DNA of 55,204 bases, the filler included, from Asterionella formosa (taxonomy: Eukaryota): assembly GCA_002256025.1 (NCBI GenBank). It is 4 parts of 4 records of this genome, joined end to end, with 100 filler letters (N's around TTAATTAATTAA, not from the genome) between each part and the next. Parts side by side here need not be neighbours in the genome. Positions count along the whole stretch, not along the records: positions 1 to 13,733 come from NKIB01006457.1; positions 13,834 to 27,561 come from NKIB01006466.1; 2 more parts are not named here. One strand, given 5' to 3'. Positions 11,644-22,499 of this stretch are shown piece after piece. The notes under the pieces were generated by a model that was given only the letters and a program-made list of their open reading frames with translations, made no database searches and was not told where the DNA came from. How positions within the stretch are numbered: the stretch's first letter is position 1; each line of letters begins with the position of its first letter. The position numbers and the translations under genes were made by a program.

Positions 11644-12251
11644 TTACAACATCAATAATCCGGACGTCAGCACAATTGATGCTCCGATCATAATTTTGGA
11701 GGATTGGTCAGTTGTCGCATTGTTCACAGTCTCGGGGAACATGTCCCACATCATGTGTCTGCAAGCACCCAAATAATGGTATACAGTTGGAAATGCAACC
11801 GCCAACTTGGCGGTGGTGGCAGTAATCATCCCCATGCTTCCAATGGTTTCCATCACTGCTAGCGCGGCTCCGTCGCCTCCTGCCAACTCGATTCCTCCGA
11901 GACCCAAAGCACCCACTGAAAGAGCCATTCCAGTGATGCGGATGGAAATGCTCGTCAAGGCACCGATAGGGAAGGCGTAAATCGTCACGTGAGGGCTGAC
12001 TGGTCGACCGGTGAGAGCTTGACGGGAACTGTAGTTCTATAACAATTAGAGCGATTTTGATGTGTCAGACAGATACTCACAATGCACGGGGAACTACGGA
12101 CTGGCCTTTGTCCTTTTGGAGTTGACTTTACCTGCTTCTTGTACTCCTCTGCGCTCTGCTTGTTCATGGTCGTCATGGAACGAGTTCCTTGAGTCCAAAC
12201 AGTCCGTGAAAGGACTGTTCGAAGGGACCTTGCCGTTGGATGCATCATCAT
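11644..12251 (-). CDS. SDHC: Succinate dehydrogenase cytochrome b560 subunit, two exons (12251-12132, 12036-11644)
   Basis: A 95-bp phase-0 GTAAAG...TAG intron gives ...EEYKKQ|NYSSRQALTGRPVSPHVTIYAFP...SISIRITG...YHYLGACRHMMWD, the SDH3/SDHC signature motifs. Arg/Ser/Thr-rich mitochondrial presequence. Confidence 0.92.
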
Positions 12252-12785
12252 GGTGACAGCTGCTGGATCCTCTGGATATTTGAGATAGAGTTCGGCATTC
12301 TTCGCTTTTGTGCCGTGATTCTTCTCCTCCTATCCCCTCGTGCATACCGGTACGATGATTTGGTAACCAGGTACCGGTAGTAGTACCGGGGGGGATCTCG
12401 GATTCGACCTACTCGACCCCATTGCATAACCCGAACTCAGGGCTCACACGATAATTTTCCCGTCACCAGCTTGCTTTGAAGGTGTGTTGAACATGATCTG
12501 AACGAACTTTCCGCTCTCTTCCAATGGCAGCAACGATGATCGTCATGACACAACCGTAGGGAATGTACAGCGAACGTGAACGATTGATAAATTTGAAGGG
12601 GGCTGAGGAAGCGCTGAGTATGCCATTGCGATTCACGCTCGCTGCAATTTCCTTGATTTGTTTTAAAGCAGTCGAACTAGTCGTTGGACGGATGGAGTTC
12701 AAATACGTACGGGTACACAACAAGGCCTCGGATCCGCTTGCTAACACAGTCCTGTTCTCGTCTTATTCCATTCTAGCTGAATAAA

Positions 12786-13013
12786 ATGACTGCCGCACGA
12801 CTTATTAACAAGAGCATGTGGCTCTACGGGCCTGGGCCTGTCATGCGAAAGCCCACTGGTTTGGGATCTCGTCCTCCACTTCAGGGTCTTGTTTTGTGTG
12901 CATGCCAGGCAACCGTCATCTCCCTTACGGTCGCTTTTTCTTACCGAATCTTCGTGGCCAATCCTGAAACAAAGGCCATCGAGGAATACTACAAGGAGAA
13001 CCCTCCTCATTAA
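12786..13013 (+). CDS. Small single-TM protein resembling cytochrome c oxidase subunit 6C/Cox9
   Basis: 75 aa. VISLTVAFSYRIFVANPETKAIEEYY resembles the COX6C pattern (..SL.VA..YK..VA....KAY..FY). AAAATG start context. A possible 5'-UTR intron acceptor (CTAAC...TTCTAG) ends at 12776. Confidence 0.55.
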   Translation: MTAARLINKSMWLYGPGPVMRKPTGLGSRPPLQGLVLCACQATVISLTVAFSYRIFVANPETKAIEEYYKENPPH

Positions 13014-13733
13014 ACTTAGAGATGTATCCTAATTATTGCGAATAGCAATTATTGCAATTCTCATTACTTGCCATCACCTTGTATGAACTCATCATCATTC
13101 TGATTCATCTCAACACTACATATCTACCTATGCTGATGGACATGTAGTCTAGGTAGCTTACATACCCTTGATTTATCATGGAATATGTATACTTATTACT
13201 CAGCATGATTAGTGAATACAAGTGCCATTTGTTAAAGTACAATCAATGCCCATCAAAATTGTTGATCCCTCCATACAATCCCGGTGGATGCTACATATTG
13301 TTGTTGACAACCATTAGCCATATAAAGCAATCAATCAAACAAACAACATCAATGAGCAAAATACTAGATACAATCATGTACCTACTGTTCTTACCGGTAG
13401 TACCTGGTAGTTGATGAAAAGATAACGGTAACCGATCGGTACTGGATCACTGGTCTGGTAGGTACACCAGGTACCAGGTATACTCTACTTCTATGTACTA
13501 CCGGTACCCGGTACCGGGTACCAGGTACGCTGTCGACACAATCAGTTGCTTGCTTGACATTCCAATTCTTATGCATACACGCGGTATATTATTAAAATGT
13601 GATGGTAGTTGAAACACATAGAGATTCCTGATTCCTGATCAGGTTATGAGTGTCAATATATTTCGCCTCTAGTGACCTGATTAGGAACATGTACCACAAT
13701 CCACTAGATGATTGATTCAAGATCAAATGGTTA

Positions 13734-13833
13734 NNNNNNNNNNNNNNNNNNNNNNNNNNNNNNNNNNNNNNNNNNNNTTAATTAATTAANNNNNNNNNNN
13801 NNNNNNNNNNNNNNNNNNNNNNNNNNNNNNNNN
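13734..13833. other. Artificial contig linker (44 N + TTAATTAATTAA + 44 N)
   Basis: Exactly 100 nt with a six-frame stop cassette; identical at three places. Confidence 0.95.
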
Positions 13834-13960
13834 ACTGGAATTCTATTCTGCAGTAGAAGGCTATCAGGCTAATCAACCACAAGAAAGCAAGTATGAATAG
13901 TTTCAAATCAGTCTTACTACAGTGCGGCTCTTAGACCCAAATCTATTCCTACACATTTAC

Positions 13961-14476
13961 TTACAGCATCCATTCCGGAGTAAATGGTTCCTTAAAGTCA
14001 GACCATCTGCGCCACTCTTGTATCGCCGTTGGACGAAAGGGCCATTGTTCGATAGTAGAAGCAGAAGGTCCATCGCAGCGCCCTTCATGATGGCATTGTC
14101 GTTCTTCGCTGCAGCAGTTGCTGTTGTTATTGACAATGCATTCATACCAAAAGTTCAATTCTCTCATGACATTTGCGTAGCATTCTTGTTGTTGCTGATC
14201 ATCGTGATGATAGTAATTGTCGTGTTGTATCAAACTATTGTGTACTACTTGTCTTCTGGGACAAGAATACAACATTGGTTGTGGTGTCTTGGTACTTGGA
14301 GTAACATGTATGGGTTCTTTTTGGAAAAGGCAAGGTCGATTTTGCTGTTTTTGGTCCTCATCATGGTAACAAGGAGTAGTGGTGTGATGAGTACAACTTT
14401 CGTCATGCTGGTCCTGGTTCTTGATTTTGACATCAATGTGGTAGACGTGATTCTTGTAATTGACGTGAAGAAACAT
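13961..14476 (-). CDS. Possible orphan protein (about 171 aa, His/Gln/Cys-rich)
   Basis: Open frame from ATG 14476 (MFLHVNYKNHVYHIDVKIKN...PEWML). No recognisable domain. Confidence 0.35.
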   Translation of the reverse strand: MFLHVNYKNHVYHIDVKIKNQDQHDESCTHHTTTPCYHDEDQKQQNRPCLFQKEPIHVTPSTKTPQPMLYSCPRRQVVHNSLIQHDNYYHHDDQQQQECYANVMRELNFWYECIVNNNSNCCSEERQCHHEGRCDGPSASTIEQWPFRPTAIQEWRRWSDFKEPFTPEWML

Positions 14477-15290
14477 AATGGTTCGCTTCGATGTGTTGGT
14501 CAGATGGGTGAAATTGTGAGTACTGTATATCAAACTTATGTCATAGTACATTATAGTAAAAAGTACAATATCAATTTAGGGAAACAAGAACGACACCATG
14601 AATTGTGCATAATCGATCTTGCCAAAGGAGCCAGTGATCAATCTTGTCAGCAAATTGATGACGACGAGGTCGTCTTTGTTGACAAGAACAAAGAAAGAGA
14701 AAAACATAAGAAGCACGAAGGACTTGTACCACATGTACTACATACTGGTACACACCTGTACATAGCCACCCCAAGAGCCATATAGAACATGACATGTGTT
14801 GTACCTGGTAGTAGTATAAAATAATACTCTTCCCGGTTCGGACCTACATACCTAAATGATTATCGTACATGATAAACGGGTGTGCATTGGCCGGACATGA
14901 TGTCATCTCCGGATGCCTTCAATTATTTGAATTGAGAACTCTTCTTCGTCCTCGACACACCAGGCAGGCAGCAGCGGCAATCACGTGGAGGATAGCTACC
15001 GGCTTCGACCGGTCACACAAGAAGAACGCAAAACCTTTTTGTTGCAGAAAAATCTAGCTATAGTACCGGTAGGGTACTCCAGGGTTCCTGATACGTTGAA
15101 AAGTGAAGAAAGTGTTACTTCAAAATAATTAGCTATAGTATATTTTACCGGTAACTTCTTTATTTCAGCGCAGCACTCGTCCCTGTCAGGAAAAAGAAGA
15201 GTTGAAGCAACCAAGCAGTTTCAGTTTTGTTCCAAGCACCAGCAATCCATCAACTTGGAAGTTTCGGTAGCAAGCGTCGCACAAGCTAGA

Positions 15291-17750
15291 ATGATGGATG
15301 GGTACCCAGCAGCAGATGGCCTGAGACGGCGAAGAGGAAGACAAGAAGCCGGAAATGGCGAGCTTCCGTCTCCAGCCGCAGCGGAACAGTTGACGCCGCG
15401 ACAGCTGCAGAACCAGCGGTCGACTCCAGGGCCAGCCACAGCCGCCGTCCCCGCCTTATCGGTGGCGAGGCTGTACTACTGCGCCTCCGTGATCCTTTTC
15501 ATAGTGGCCGTCGTCGCCCCATCTGGCTCAGTCGCGCCGTCGGCGGGAGCGAGAGTCTTTTCTCGAGAGCCCGCAGCTGGCGGAAGCAAGGCGTTGCTTC
15601 CAGCAGAGTCAGCCTCCTCGCGACATGGACATGACAAGAGGGACGACGACGACTTTGACTTCTTCAAGGCCATTCAAGAGCTATTCACAGGCCAGCGACA
15701 AGAAGACGTTGTCGTCACACCTCCCAAGAAGGCAGCGCCTGCCTGGATTCGATGGCTCCTGCCTCCGCAGAAGGTGGAACCACAACAAGCACAGAAGGGC
15801 GAAGATTCGAAACTATTGCCAATCTTGGCGGCAATCATGGACCCCACATTGCTTCATCTCTCTCCGAACACTCCCACTGATATCATTGACAAGATTCTCA
15901 AATCAACAGAACGTTTGCTGGTCATTGCCAATTTCCTTCTGGTCATGACCTACTTGACACACGGGGCCGTCGCTGGCTTCTTTCTAGGAAGCCGCCGCGA
16001 CGGTGGAGATAGGGCGACATGGGCTGGACGAGAACGGCTTGGAGCATTCTTGGTGTTCAAGTTACTTTTGATTTCTGCTGTTGTTATACCCGACACCTTG
16101 GACCTATTGATTCTCTTGGGGTGGTATACACTCTTGAGCTTCCTCAGGTCACTGGCCGCTCTCGCCAGTGCCACCACATCTCATACCTCGCTGGCAGGTC
16201 AACCGCCGAAACCGGGAGTCTTGCAGTTGCTTGTCTTGATTTTGATGAGTGATGTTTTTGCAGCAGCACTCTGCGCCGGGCTCTTTCATGGAGCTGGGTG
16301 GGGTATGGTGCTTTTGTTGACTTGCGACTGTGCACTATTGGCCGTAGATGTCATCTGCCACATACTTCGTCATGTAGGACAAGGGTTGGAAGAACAGCAC
16401 TCCTCGCGTATTGCATCTATTGAAGATCGTCAGCTTGCCCTCCATGAGTTACGACGTGAAGCAGAAGGAGACGAAAACAGCCATACAAGCGACGATCTTG
16501 ATGAATTGATGGAAGAGTCGAGACGATTGGATCGTAGAATGGAGGTCTTGGAGACACGCAACGCAAAACGAGGCGAATTTTTGGAGACGGTTATACTCAT
16601 GTTGCAGTTGTTGGCACATGCTCTGACAGTTTGTCACTTTTTGCATATTTGGTCATTGCATGGACTACAATTTACATTAATTGACGGTGTGCTCGCGTTA
16701 CATCTGCACTCGGCATTCAGTACAGCTGGAAAGAAAATTGCAGATCGACGAAAATTAAATCAAATCGCTCGTGATCTTGATGGCCTCTTTGACGATGCCA
16801 ACGAGATGGAACTGCGAAAGGCTGCAGCCACTGGAGATGTATGTTGCATTTGCATGGGTACCATGTCGACTGGGAACATTAAGAAGGTTGGATGTGGGCA
16901 CATGTATCACACACATTGTCTGAGAGAAGTTGTGGAACGAGCCCGTTCGATTGAGGCTACGAGATGTCCATTATGTCGAGCATCGGTATTGGATGGAACG
17001 CAACCGGAAAACACAAGGAATAGCACAATAGCTCAGACAAACGCCGGTGCTCAACCAGCAATCGCGGCTACCACTAATCTAGGGCAGACAAATAATGCTG
17101 AAAATGATCACATACGTGAAGCTCCAGTCGCCAATTTGAACGCAGTTGGGGGCGGCGAGCATGCACTGTTTCGCTTTTCTACAGTAGGTTTATTACCTAC
17201 ATGGTTGCCACTGCCTGCTTTTTCCTTTGAGGTCGTTCGACGACCAACTCTGGGAGCAAATCCTATCGGAGAGGATGCGCTTCAAGACCCACGACAACGA
17301 CAATCTGTAATGAGACGATTACTTCTTCTTGCCGGCGTTGTCAGTATGACTCCCGACGAAGAAGCCGTGGTAATGGAGCAATTGGTAGATATGTTTCCTC
17401 AGTATGATCGAGCAGATTTGCTGCGGGAACTTAGAGCTCGTGGAAGTGCGGAAGATGTTGTAGAATCTGTCGTTTTAGGTTCATTTCTGGGAACTCCGAG
17501 AGGAGGTGGCATGATGGTTGACACTACTACTACCGGTACGACTGCTGTTGCGCCAACTCCAATCATCGACGAGCAAGAGCAACTGAATGAGGAAGCTGAA
17601 GAATGGGAAAGGGTTTCTAACCGTACTCAAGAATTGGAAGAAGAAACAGGAAATAGTGATGACGAGAATGATGCAGACGGGATTAATGCCTCAGATAATA
17701 ATGACAACGAAATGAGCGAACATGAGGCAAATAGTACTCATGCTCTTTGA
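15291..17750 (+). CDS. Membrane RING-H2 E3 ubiquitin ligase with CUE domain (gp78/AMFR / plant RIN2-like, ERAD)
   Basis: Multiple TM segments, then RING-H2 CCICM...CGHMYHTHC...CPLCR, then a CUE motif (LVDMFPQYDRADLLRELRARGS) and an acidic tail. First ATG at 15291. Confidence 0.85.
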   Translation: MMDGYPAADGLRRRRGRQEAGNGELPSPAAAEQLTPRQLQNQRSTPGPATAAVPALSVARLYYCASVILFIVAVVAPSGSVAPSAGARVFSREPAAGGSKALLPAESASSRHGHDKRDDDDFDFFKAIQELFTGQRQEDVVVTPPKKAAPAWIRWLLPPQKVEPQQAQKGEDSKLLPILAAIMDPTLLHLSPNTPTDIIDKILKSTERLLVIANFLLVMTYLTHGAVAGFFLGSRRDGGDRATWAGRERLGAFLVFKLLLISAVVIPDTLDLLILLGWYTLLSFLRSLAALASATTSHTSLAGQPPKPGVLQLLVLILMSDVFAAALCAGLFHGAGWGMVLLLTCDCALLAVDVICHILRHVGQGLEEQHSSRIASIEDRQLALHELRREAEGDENSHTSDDLDELMEESRRLDRRMEVLETRNAKRGEFLETVILMLQLLAHALTVCHFLHIWSLHGLQFTLIDGVLALHLHSAFSTAGKKIADRRKLNQIARDLDGLFDDANEMELRKAAATGDVCCICMGTMSTGNIKKVGCGHMYHTHCLREVVERARSIEATRCPLCRASVLDGTQPENTRNSTIAQTNAGAQPAIAATTNLGQTNNAENDHIREAPVANLNAVGGGEHALFRFSTVGLLPTWLPLPAFSFEVVRRPTLGANPIGEDALQDPRQRQSVMRRLLLLAGVVSMTPDEEAVVMEQLVDMFPQYDRADLLRELRARGSAEDVVESVVLGSFLGTPRGGGMMVDTTTTGTTAVAPTPIIDEQEQLNEEAEEWERVSNRTQELEEETGNSDDENDADGINASDNNDNEMSEHEANSTHAL

Positions 17751-17917
17751 CGTCGACCTCAAGGGAAAGTGGTATGATGATCAGTTCATATTTTCTCATT
17801 GCTACTTGATTGCATGTGTGAGCATTTGCTATAATTCGGAGTTGCCCCCCCCCCCCTATTTTACGCGCAAAAGTAATCAAATGTTGAATACCATACCATT
17901 ATACTACTCTGTAGTAA

Positions 17918-20452
17918 TTATACATTTTTGATTTTCATGACAGAATTTCCAATGGCAATTTCATCGTTGATAAATGCCTTTTGCGCCTTACCGTTGCTCA
18001 ACTTGTTTCCGTTCACACTCGTTCCGGATGACGACTTTAAGTCAGTCACCATAACAGTGAAGAACTTCTTTGAAGTATCCAGTTCGAGACGGACATGGGA
18101 TGGATTTGAAATGGATGAATCTTTGGGCATTGCAAAGGAAGAATCACCGGATCCACTGGGCTTTGCTCCAAGAACGAAAGTCTCCGACTGTCCCTTGATC
18201 AAATCAACCGCATTACCTTTGTATGGGCCCGCAATGAACACCAGAGAGACTCCCTGGCGACCTAAACTACTATTCTCAGCCGGAACTTGGTTTTCCTTCG
18301 CGATCGCTGCTTCGTCCAAGTCGGTCCTTTTGCTCGGTGCGGAAACGTTAGCAGCTAATGGAGCTATCTTAAATGTGGAATTGCCGATCTTAATTTCGTC
18401 GTTCACAAAGGCCTTTTGTGTCTTCCCCTTTCTCATTTTGGTTCCGTTCACACTTGTTCCCAATGAAGACTTCAAATCGGTCACCAGAACAGAGAAGAAT
18501 TTCCGACCCGTTTCCAATTCGAGACGAACATGGGATGGACTCGAGATTGAAGAGTCCTTGAGCATAGAGAATGATGAACCATCCTCAGCGCCTGGTCTTG
18601 CTCCGAGCAAGATTGTCTCTGACTCCCTCGCGATCATATTGATTGATTCACCTTTATATGGGCCAGCAATAAAGACTAGTGAGACGCCTGTACGTTCCAC
18701 CACGGTAACATTAGACACCGTAACCTTCTCATCATAACCCATCACGACAAATTTCGTTTTGGACATCGGTTCAGGTGAGAGAAATTCATCCTCAGGGATG
18801 GGAATAACCTTGAACGAAGATTCACCTATTTCAACAATATCATTAATGAAAATCTTTTGGGTCTTCTTCACCAACGAACCATTTACTCTTGTTCCAAAGG
18901 CTGACTTCAAGTCTGTCAAAGCAATTGTCTTCAGCTTCTTGTTCGCGTTGAGAACTAGCTTGACATGAGATTTATCGACTTCAGAATCTCCGACAATAGA
19001 ATAACCATCAGTTTCCGATGGATCTGATCCAATTGTCATGGTCTCGCGCTCACCAGTAGCAAGTGTGAATGAGTCGCCTTCGTGTGGTCCTGATATAAAT
19101 ATAATTTTGACCCCAATACGGCCTGCTTTAGGCTTGCCATCGTCGATCTTTTCCCAGTCCATCACTTCTGTTTCACCTTGTTCGCACGTAACAAAGGACA
19201 CATCCCCTTCGTGTGTTGTTTTAAATGTTTCTTCGTCTGAGTCTACTTCCATGGATTTATCGTCCACAACCTCAACCACCTGAAGCTTTTTGGCTTGAAT
19301 TTCCTCCCCTTCTCCTTCCACGTCGCGCTTAGTTGCTCGTGTGCGTCTGGTTGATACAGTAACGACATCGTTGACACCTTTCTTTGTGGTGGGTGCCTTT
19401 GCCTTTACTTTGCTTGGCTTGTTAGCCAGAGCAACTTTCTTCGTTGTAGCGGTAGAGACTTTCAAACCATCTAATAAGTCCAACAAAAATTCATAATCAG
19501 GGCTTTGTTTGTACGTCATACTTCGGACAATCGAAAAGTATTCTCGCATGGTATTTTCGGCCTGTTTGTTTCCTTCTGTACCCAGGGCAGAGAAGAACTT
19601 GGAATTCGATTTCGTCATGCATTCTTCCTTGACTATGCGAATTTCCTCATCTGATTTCCCTGAGCTCCAAGGTAACAACGAATCAAGTTTCGCCCCGTGG
19701 CTTGTAGTCTTGAGTCTCAAAATCAATTCGGAAATGACGTACCCGATCGCTTCTAAATCGTCACGCCGACTAACAGTAGCTCCTTTATGCACATTCAAGC
19801 TCGCATACAGTGGCGTTCCCACCATCCCTCCTTGTTCATTCTGTCTATGACCTGCCGTACTACCGTAGCTCTGCATGAGTCCCAAATCGATCATCCTGAT
19901 TTTCTTCTCTAGCGATTTGCCAGTTGAGTTGCCAGTCAGCATGAAATTTTCCGGCTTGACGTCAACGATGATAAGGTGCTTCTCGTGTACCGCCTGACAT
20001 ATTTTAATTAGATGTTTCGCCACGGGACCGATACTTATTGTTGACGATTTTGACATGTCGAGTAATCGCGGAACTATGTCCCAAAATGGAGCTTCCATGC
20101 GTTCCATGACCAAGTAACGGAAGCCTCCCACAATTCCCATCGACGGAGGCCCTTTGGTGGGAGGAAGGTCTGGAATGTACTCTCCCCTCAGAGACGTCAG
20201 ATGAGACGTGTAGATCAAATTCTCGTAGTACAATAGATCAGAATTGTGCTTCAACTCCTTCTTCTTCTTGGCTGAAATGGAATCGCCTGGAATCGGCGCC
20301 ACTTTGATGGCATAGCTTCCATTTGTCGAACCTGATCCTCTTATTGATGGCTCTAATATATGCACTGCTCCACAGGCACCTTCACCAATGACCTTCCCGA
20401 TGCGCCATTCAGGGCTGCGACGACCGATTTCCAGGCCTGTTGCACTTGACAT
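17918..20452 (-). CDS. CK1/VRK-family Ser/Thr kinase with three C-terminal FHA-like domains
   Basis: GEGACG loop, AIKV, DVKPENF, IDLGL, GTPLYAS and SRRDDLE (CK1-group hallmarks). Three repeats of GP..G....L.....IG/LG...SH....TDLKS..GT.VNG....DEI.IG.S, an FHA fold pattern. Confidence 0.88.
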   Translation of the reverse strand: MSSATGLEIGRRSPEWRIGKVIGEGACGAVHILEPSIRGSGSTNGSYAIKVAPIPGDSISAKKKKELKHNSDLLYYENLIYTSHLTSLRGEYIPDLPPTKGPPSMGIVGGFRYLVMERMEAPFWDIVPRLLDMSKSSTISIGPVAKHLIKICQAVHEKHLIIVDVKPENFMLTGNSTGKSLEKKIRMIDLGLMQSYGSTAGHRQNEQGGMVGTPLYASLNVHKGATVSRRDDLEAIGYVISELILRLKTTSHGAKLDSLLPWSSGKSDEEIRIVKEECMTKSNSKFFSALGTEGNKQAENTMREYFSIVRSMTYKQSPDYEFLLDLLDGLKVSTATTKKVALANKPSKVKAKAPTTKKGVNDVVTVSTRRTRATKRDVEGEGEEIQAKKLQVVEVVDDKSMEVDSDEETFKTTHEGDVSFVTCEQGETEVMDWEKIDDGKPKAGRIGVKIIFISGPHEGDSFTLATGERETMTIGSDPSETDGYSIVGDSEVDKSHVKLVLNANKKLKTIALTDLKSAFGTRVNGSLVKKTQKIFINDIVEIGESSFKVIPIPEDEFLSPEPMSKTKFVVMGYDEKVTVSNVTVVERTGVSLVFIAGPYKGESINMIARESETILLGARPGAEDGSSFSMLKDSSISSPSHVRLELETGRKFFSVLVTDLKSSLGTSVNGTKMRKGKTQKAFVNDEIKIGNSTFKIAPLAANVSAPSKRTDLDEAAIAKENQVPAENSSLGRQGVSLVFIAGPYKGNAVDLIKGQSETFVLGAKPSGSGDSSFAMPKDSSISNPSHVRLELDTSKKFFTVMVTDLKSSSGTSVNGNKLSNGKAQKAFINDEIAIGNSVMKIKNV

Positions 20453-21707
20453 GGTGAGAAACACTACCAGTGGGTAGTAGCGAACAATTTGCCGTTGTTA
20501 CTATGCAAAAAATGTAAATCAAACCACTCCTGATCCCAGCTATTGTATTGATTGGATATTTGTATATATATTTTGTGTATTTCATCCCTAGTAATTACAC
20601 GAAAATATTTCATTATACGCTGTCAAAGTACCGGTAGATACACATGTTTTAAATTCGGTTTCCAAGAAAGCATAAAATGCATGTGTTATCTAACATTTAC
20701 CGGGTATGTGTGCATAAAAATATACGCATGAAATATGCCGGGTTTTCTTGATCAGTATCCATATCTGAATACGTATACGCATTATGAATAGCAACGGTTA
20801 CAAAATGGACCATGCTGTACAAACAGGACACCAAGCAATGCAGATGGCGATACGGCGTTCCGGGAATTGATGTACGGTTAGGTACCTGGTTAGCGATCTT
20901 GCGCATCAATACAGATGTATATAGGGTTAGTGTTATATCATATATGTATAAGAATTCAATAATGAGAGAACTCGACTAACCCTCATTGTATACTTTGGTG
21001 TCGACTTGGAGAACGAGTTACACACAACGATTAACAAATAAGCTCATACATTCAACAAATACTACTACTTCTAGTTAGATACTTCACCTGGTACCGGTAC
21101 ACACGTCCCTTGTGCCTCGTAGTAAAGAACTACGGTGGAATTCTTGCCCGCTCACTCCCGGCAGGCAGAGAGGGCAACAACTGGCAAGAAGGAGTCCACA
21201 ACCGGAAACCACAGCAGGAAACCATGTATTGGAATCCAACACAAAGTGACAAAGTAATTTTCACCAAAATAAGGTTGCCTTTGAATTGGCTAGCTTCGTC
21301 GTTAGGGTTGCGAATCTGTGCTTTTGCTCTTTTTCCAACACAACAAGGTATATCATATTTAAAAGAACACGGGGGGGGGGGTATCATATGAAATGTGGCA
21401 CAGAATTTCTTGCCACATGATACTCATTTCTTTATATGTATGATGAATGTAAAGTATAATTATATGATCATGTCAAGTATACTTTTAATAAACAGCAAAC
21501 CATATAATTATCAAAACATTATCCTATGATCATGTACATTCTTTCATCACATACTTTCTAACTTACCATGGTTGTAATTCTAATCAAAATCACTATTGAA
21601 GATAGGTTGAAATGGATTGAAAAATTACTGCTAAATCTAGAAATGATTTTTATGTTTCTATATTCTGTGCGATTACACAATGTTTCCCTTTTCTATTGTC
21701 TCAACAT

Positions 21708-21864
21708 TGCTCTTGATGCACCATGCCTCCCGACTCCCTTCAATGCTGCTCTTGATACATGATGCCTCCTGCCTCCCTTCAATGCTCTTGATGCATGGTG
21801 CCTTCTGCCTAATGCCTCCTGCCTACCTTCAATGCTCTTTATGCATGCCTCCCGCCTCCCATTC
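21708..21864. repeat. Imperfect pyrimidine-rich tandem repeat, ~36-bp unit, about 4 copies
   Basis: TGCTCTTGATGCATGATGCCTCC(C/T)GCCTCCCTTCAA recurs. Confidence 0.75.
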
Positions 21865-22499
21865 ACTCTGATTCTGAAACTCTCATCTGACTGCCTTCTA
21901 CCTATCCCTCTTCCCTTTCTTGTTCCAGTTCTGAATTCGCATGCGCTACTATTCTATTGTTTTATCCATTTTGATTTCCTAAGCAAAGTAGCCAGTAACT
22001 TTCCATTTTATCATGCTTCACTTACCAGAAATCGATAAAATTTTCACATAGTAATTCAAAAAGTACACATCAATAAATCGTTTCACCAATGTCAATTATA
22101 ACTAATGACAATACTGTTTGATTAAAATTATCCTGAAAGTTAAAAAACACTCATGTGTCAGTTATGTTCTAACAGTTGAGCATTGCTTGACCCAATGAGA
22201 GCACTTACCAATTTGTTTGTCGAAATCGATGGTTTCCCACCAAATGCAAAATGAGCTATTGAATCACTTGAGAAGGAATCAATCATGATGTAGTCTTTGT
22301 GAACCCAACAATCGATCATCCTGGAATGTGCCCTTAATGTACCATTGATAGATTCCATTCACTTTTCCATTTTCAATTCTTCTCTAAGCCGCAAGGTGTC
22401 GTATCATTGTGTTGTTTCATCACTTCAGTTTTCCTGTTGATGTTGTTGATGTGATCTTCCATTCCAGAATGTATATCAGTATGCATGACAAGGAACCAT

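Noticed and set aside
13380..13530. CCWGG/GGTACC clusters as Dcm or restriction sites, or cloning scars
   Set aside because: The middle base varies over all four nucleotides, units are always TA-bounded, and they occur as indels between paralogous repeat copies.
13922..14785. 287-aa hydrophobic plus-strand ORF
   Set aside because: Non-ATG start; the hydrophobicity is explained as the antisense of CAA/CAC/GAC-rich sequence on the minus strand.
17928..18737. 269-aa plus-strand ORF
   Set aside because: Antisense shadow of the kinase FHA repeats.
15291..20452. RING ligase plus FHA kinase as a functional module
   Set aside because: Convergent adjacency (167 bp between stops) is ordinary in compact algal genomes, and ER-membrane versus likely nuclear localisation gives no support.
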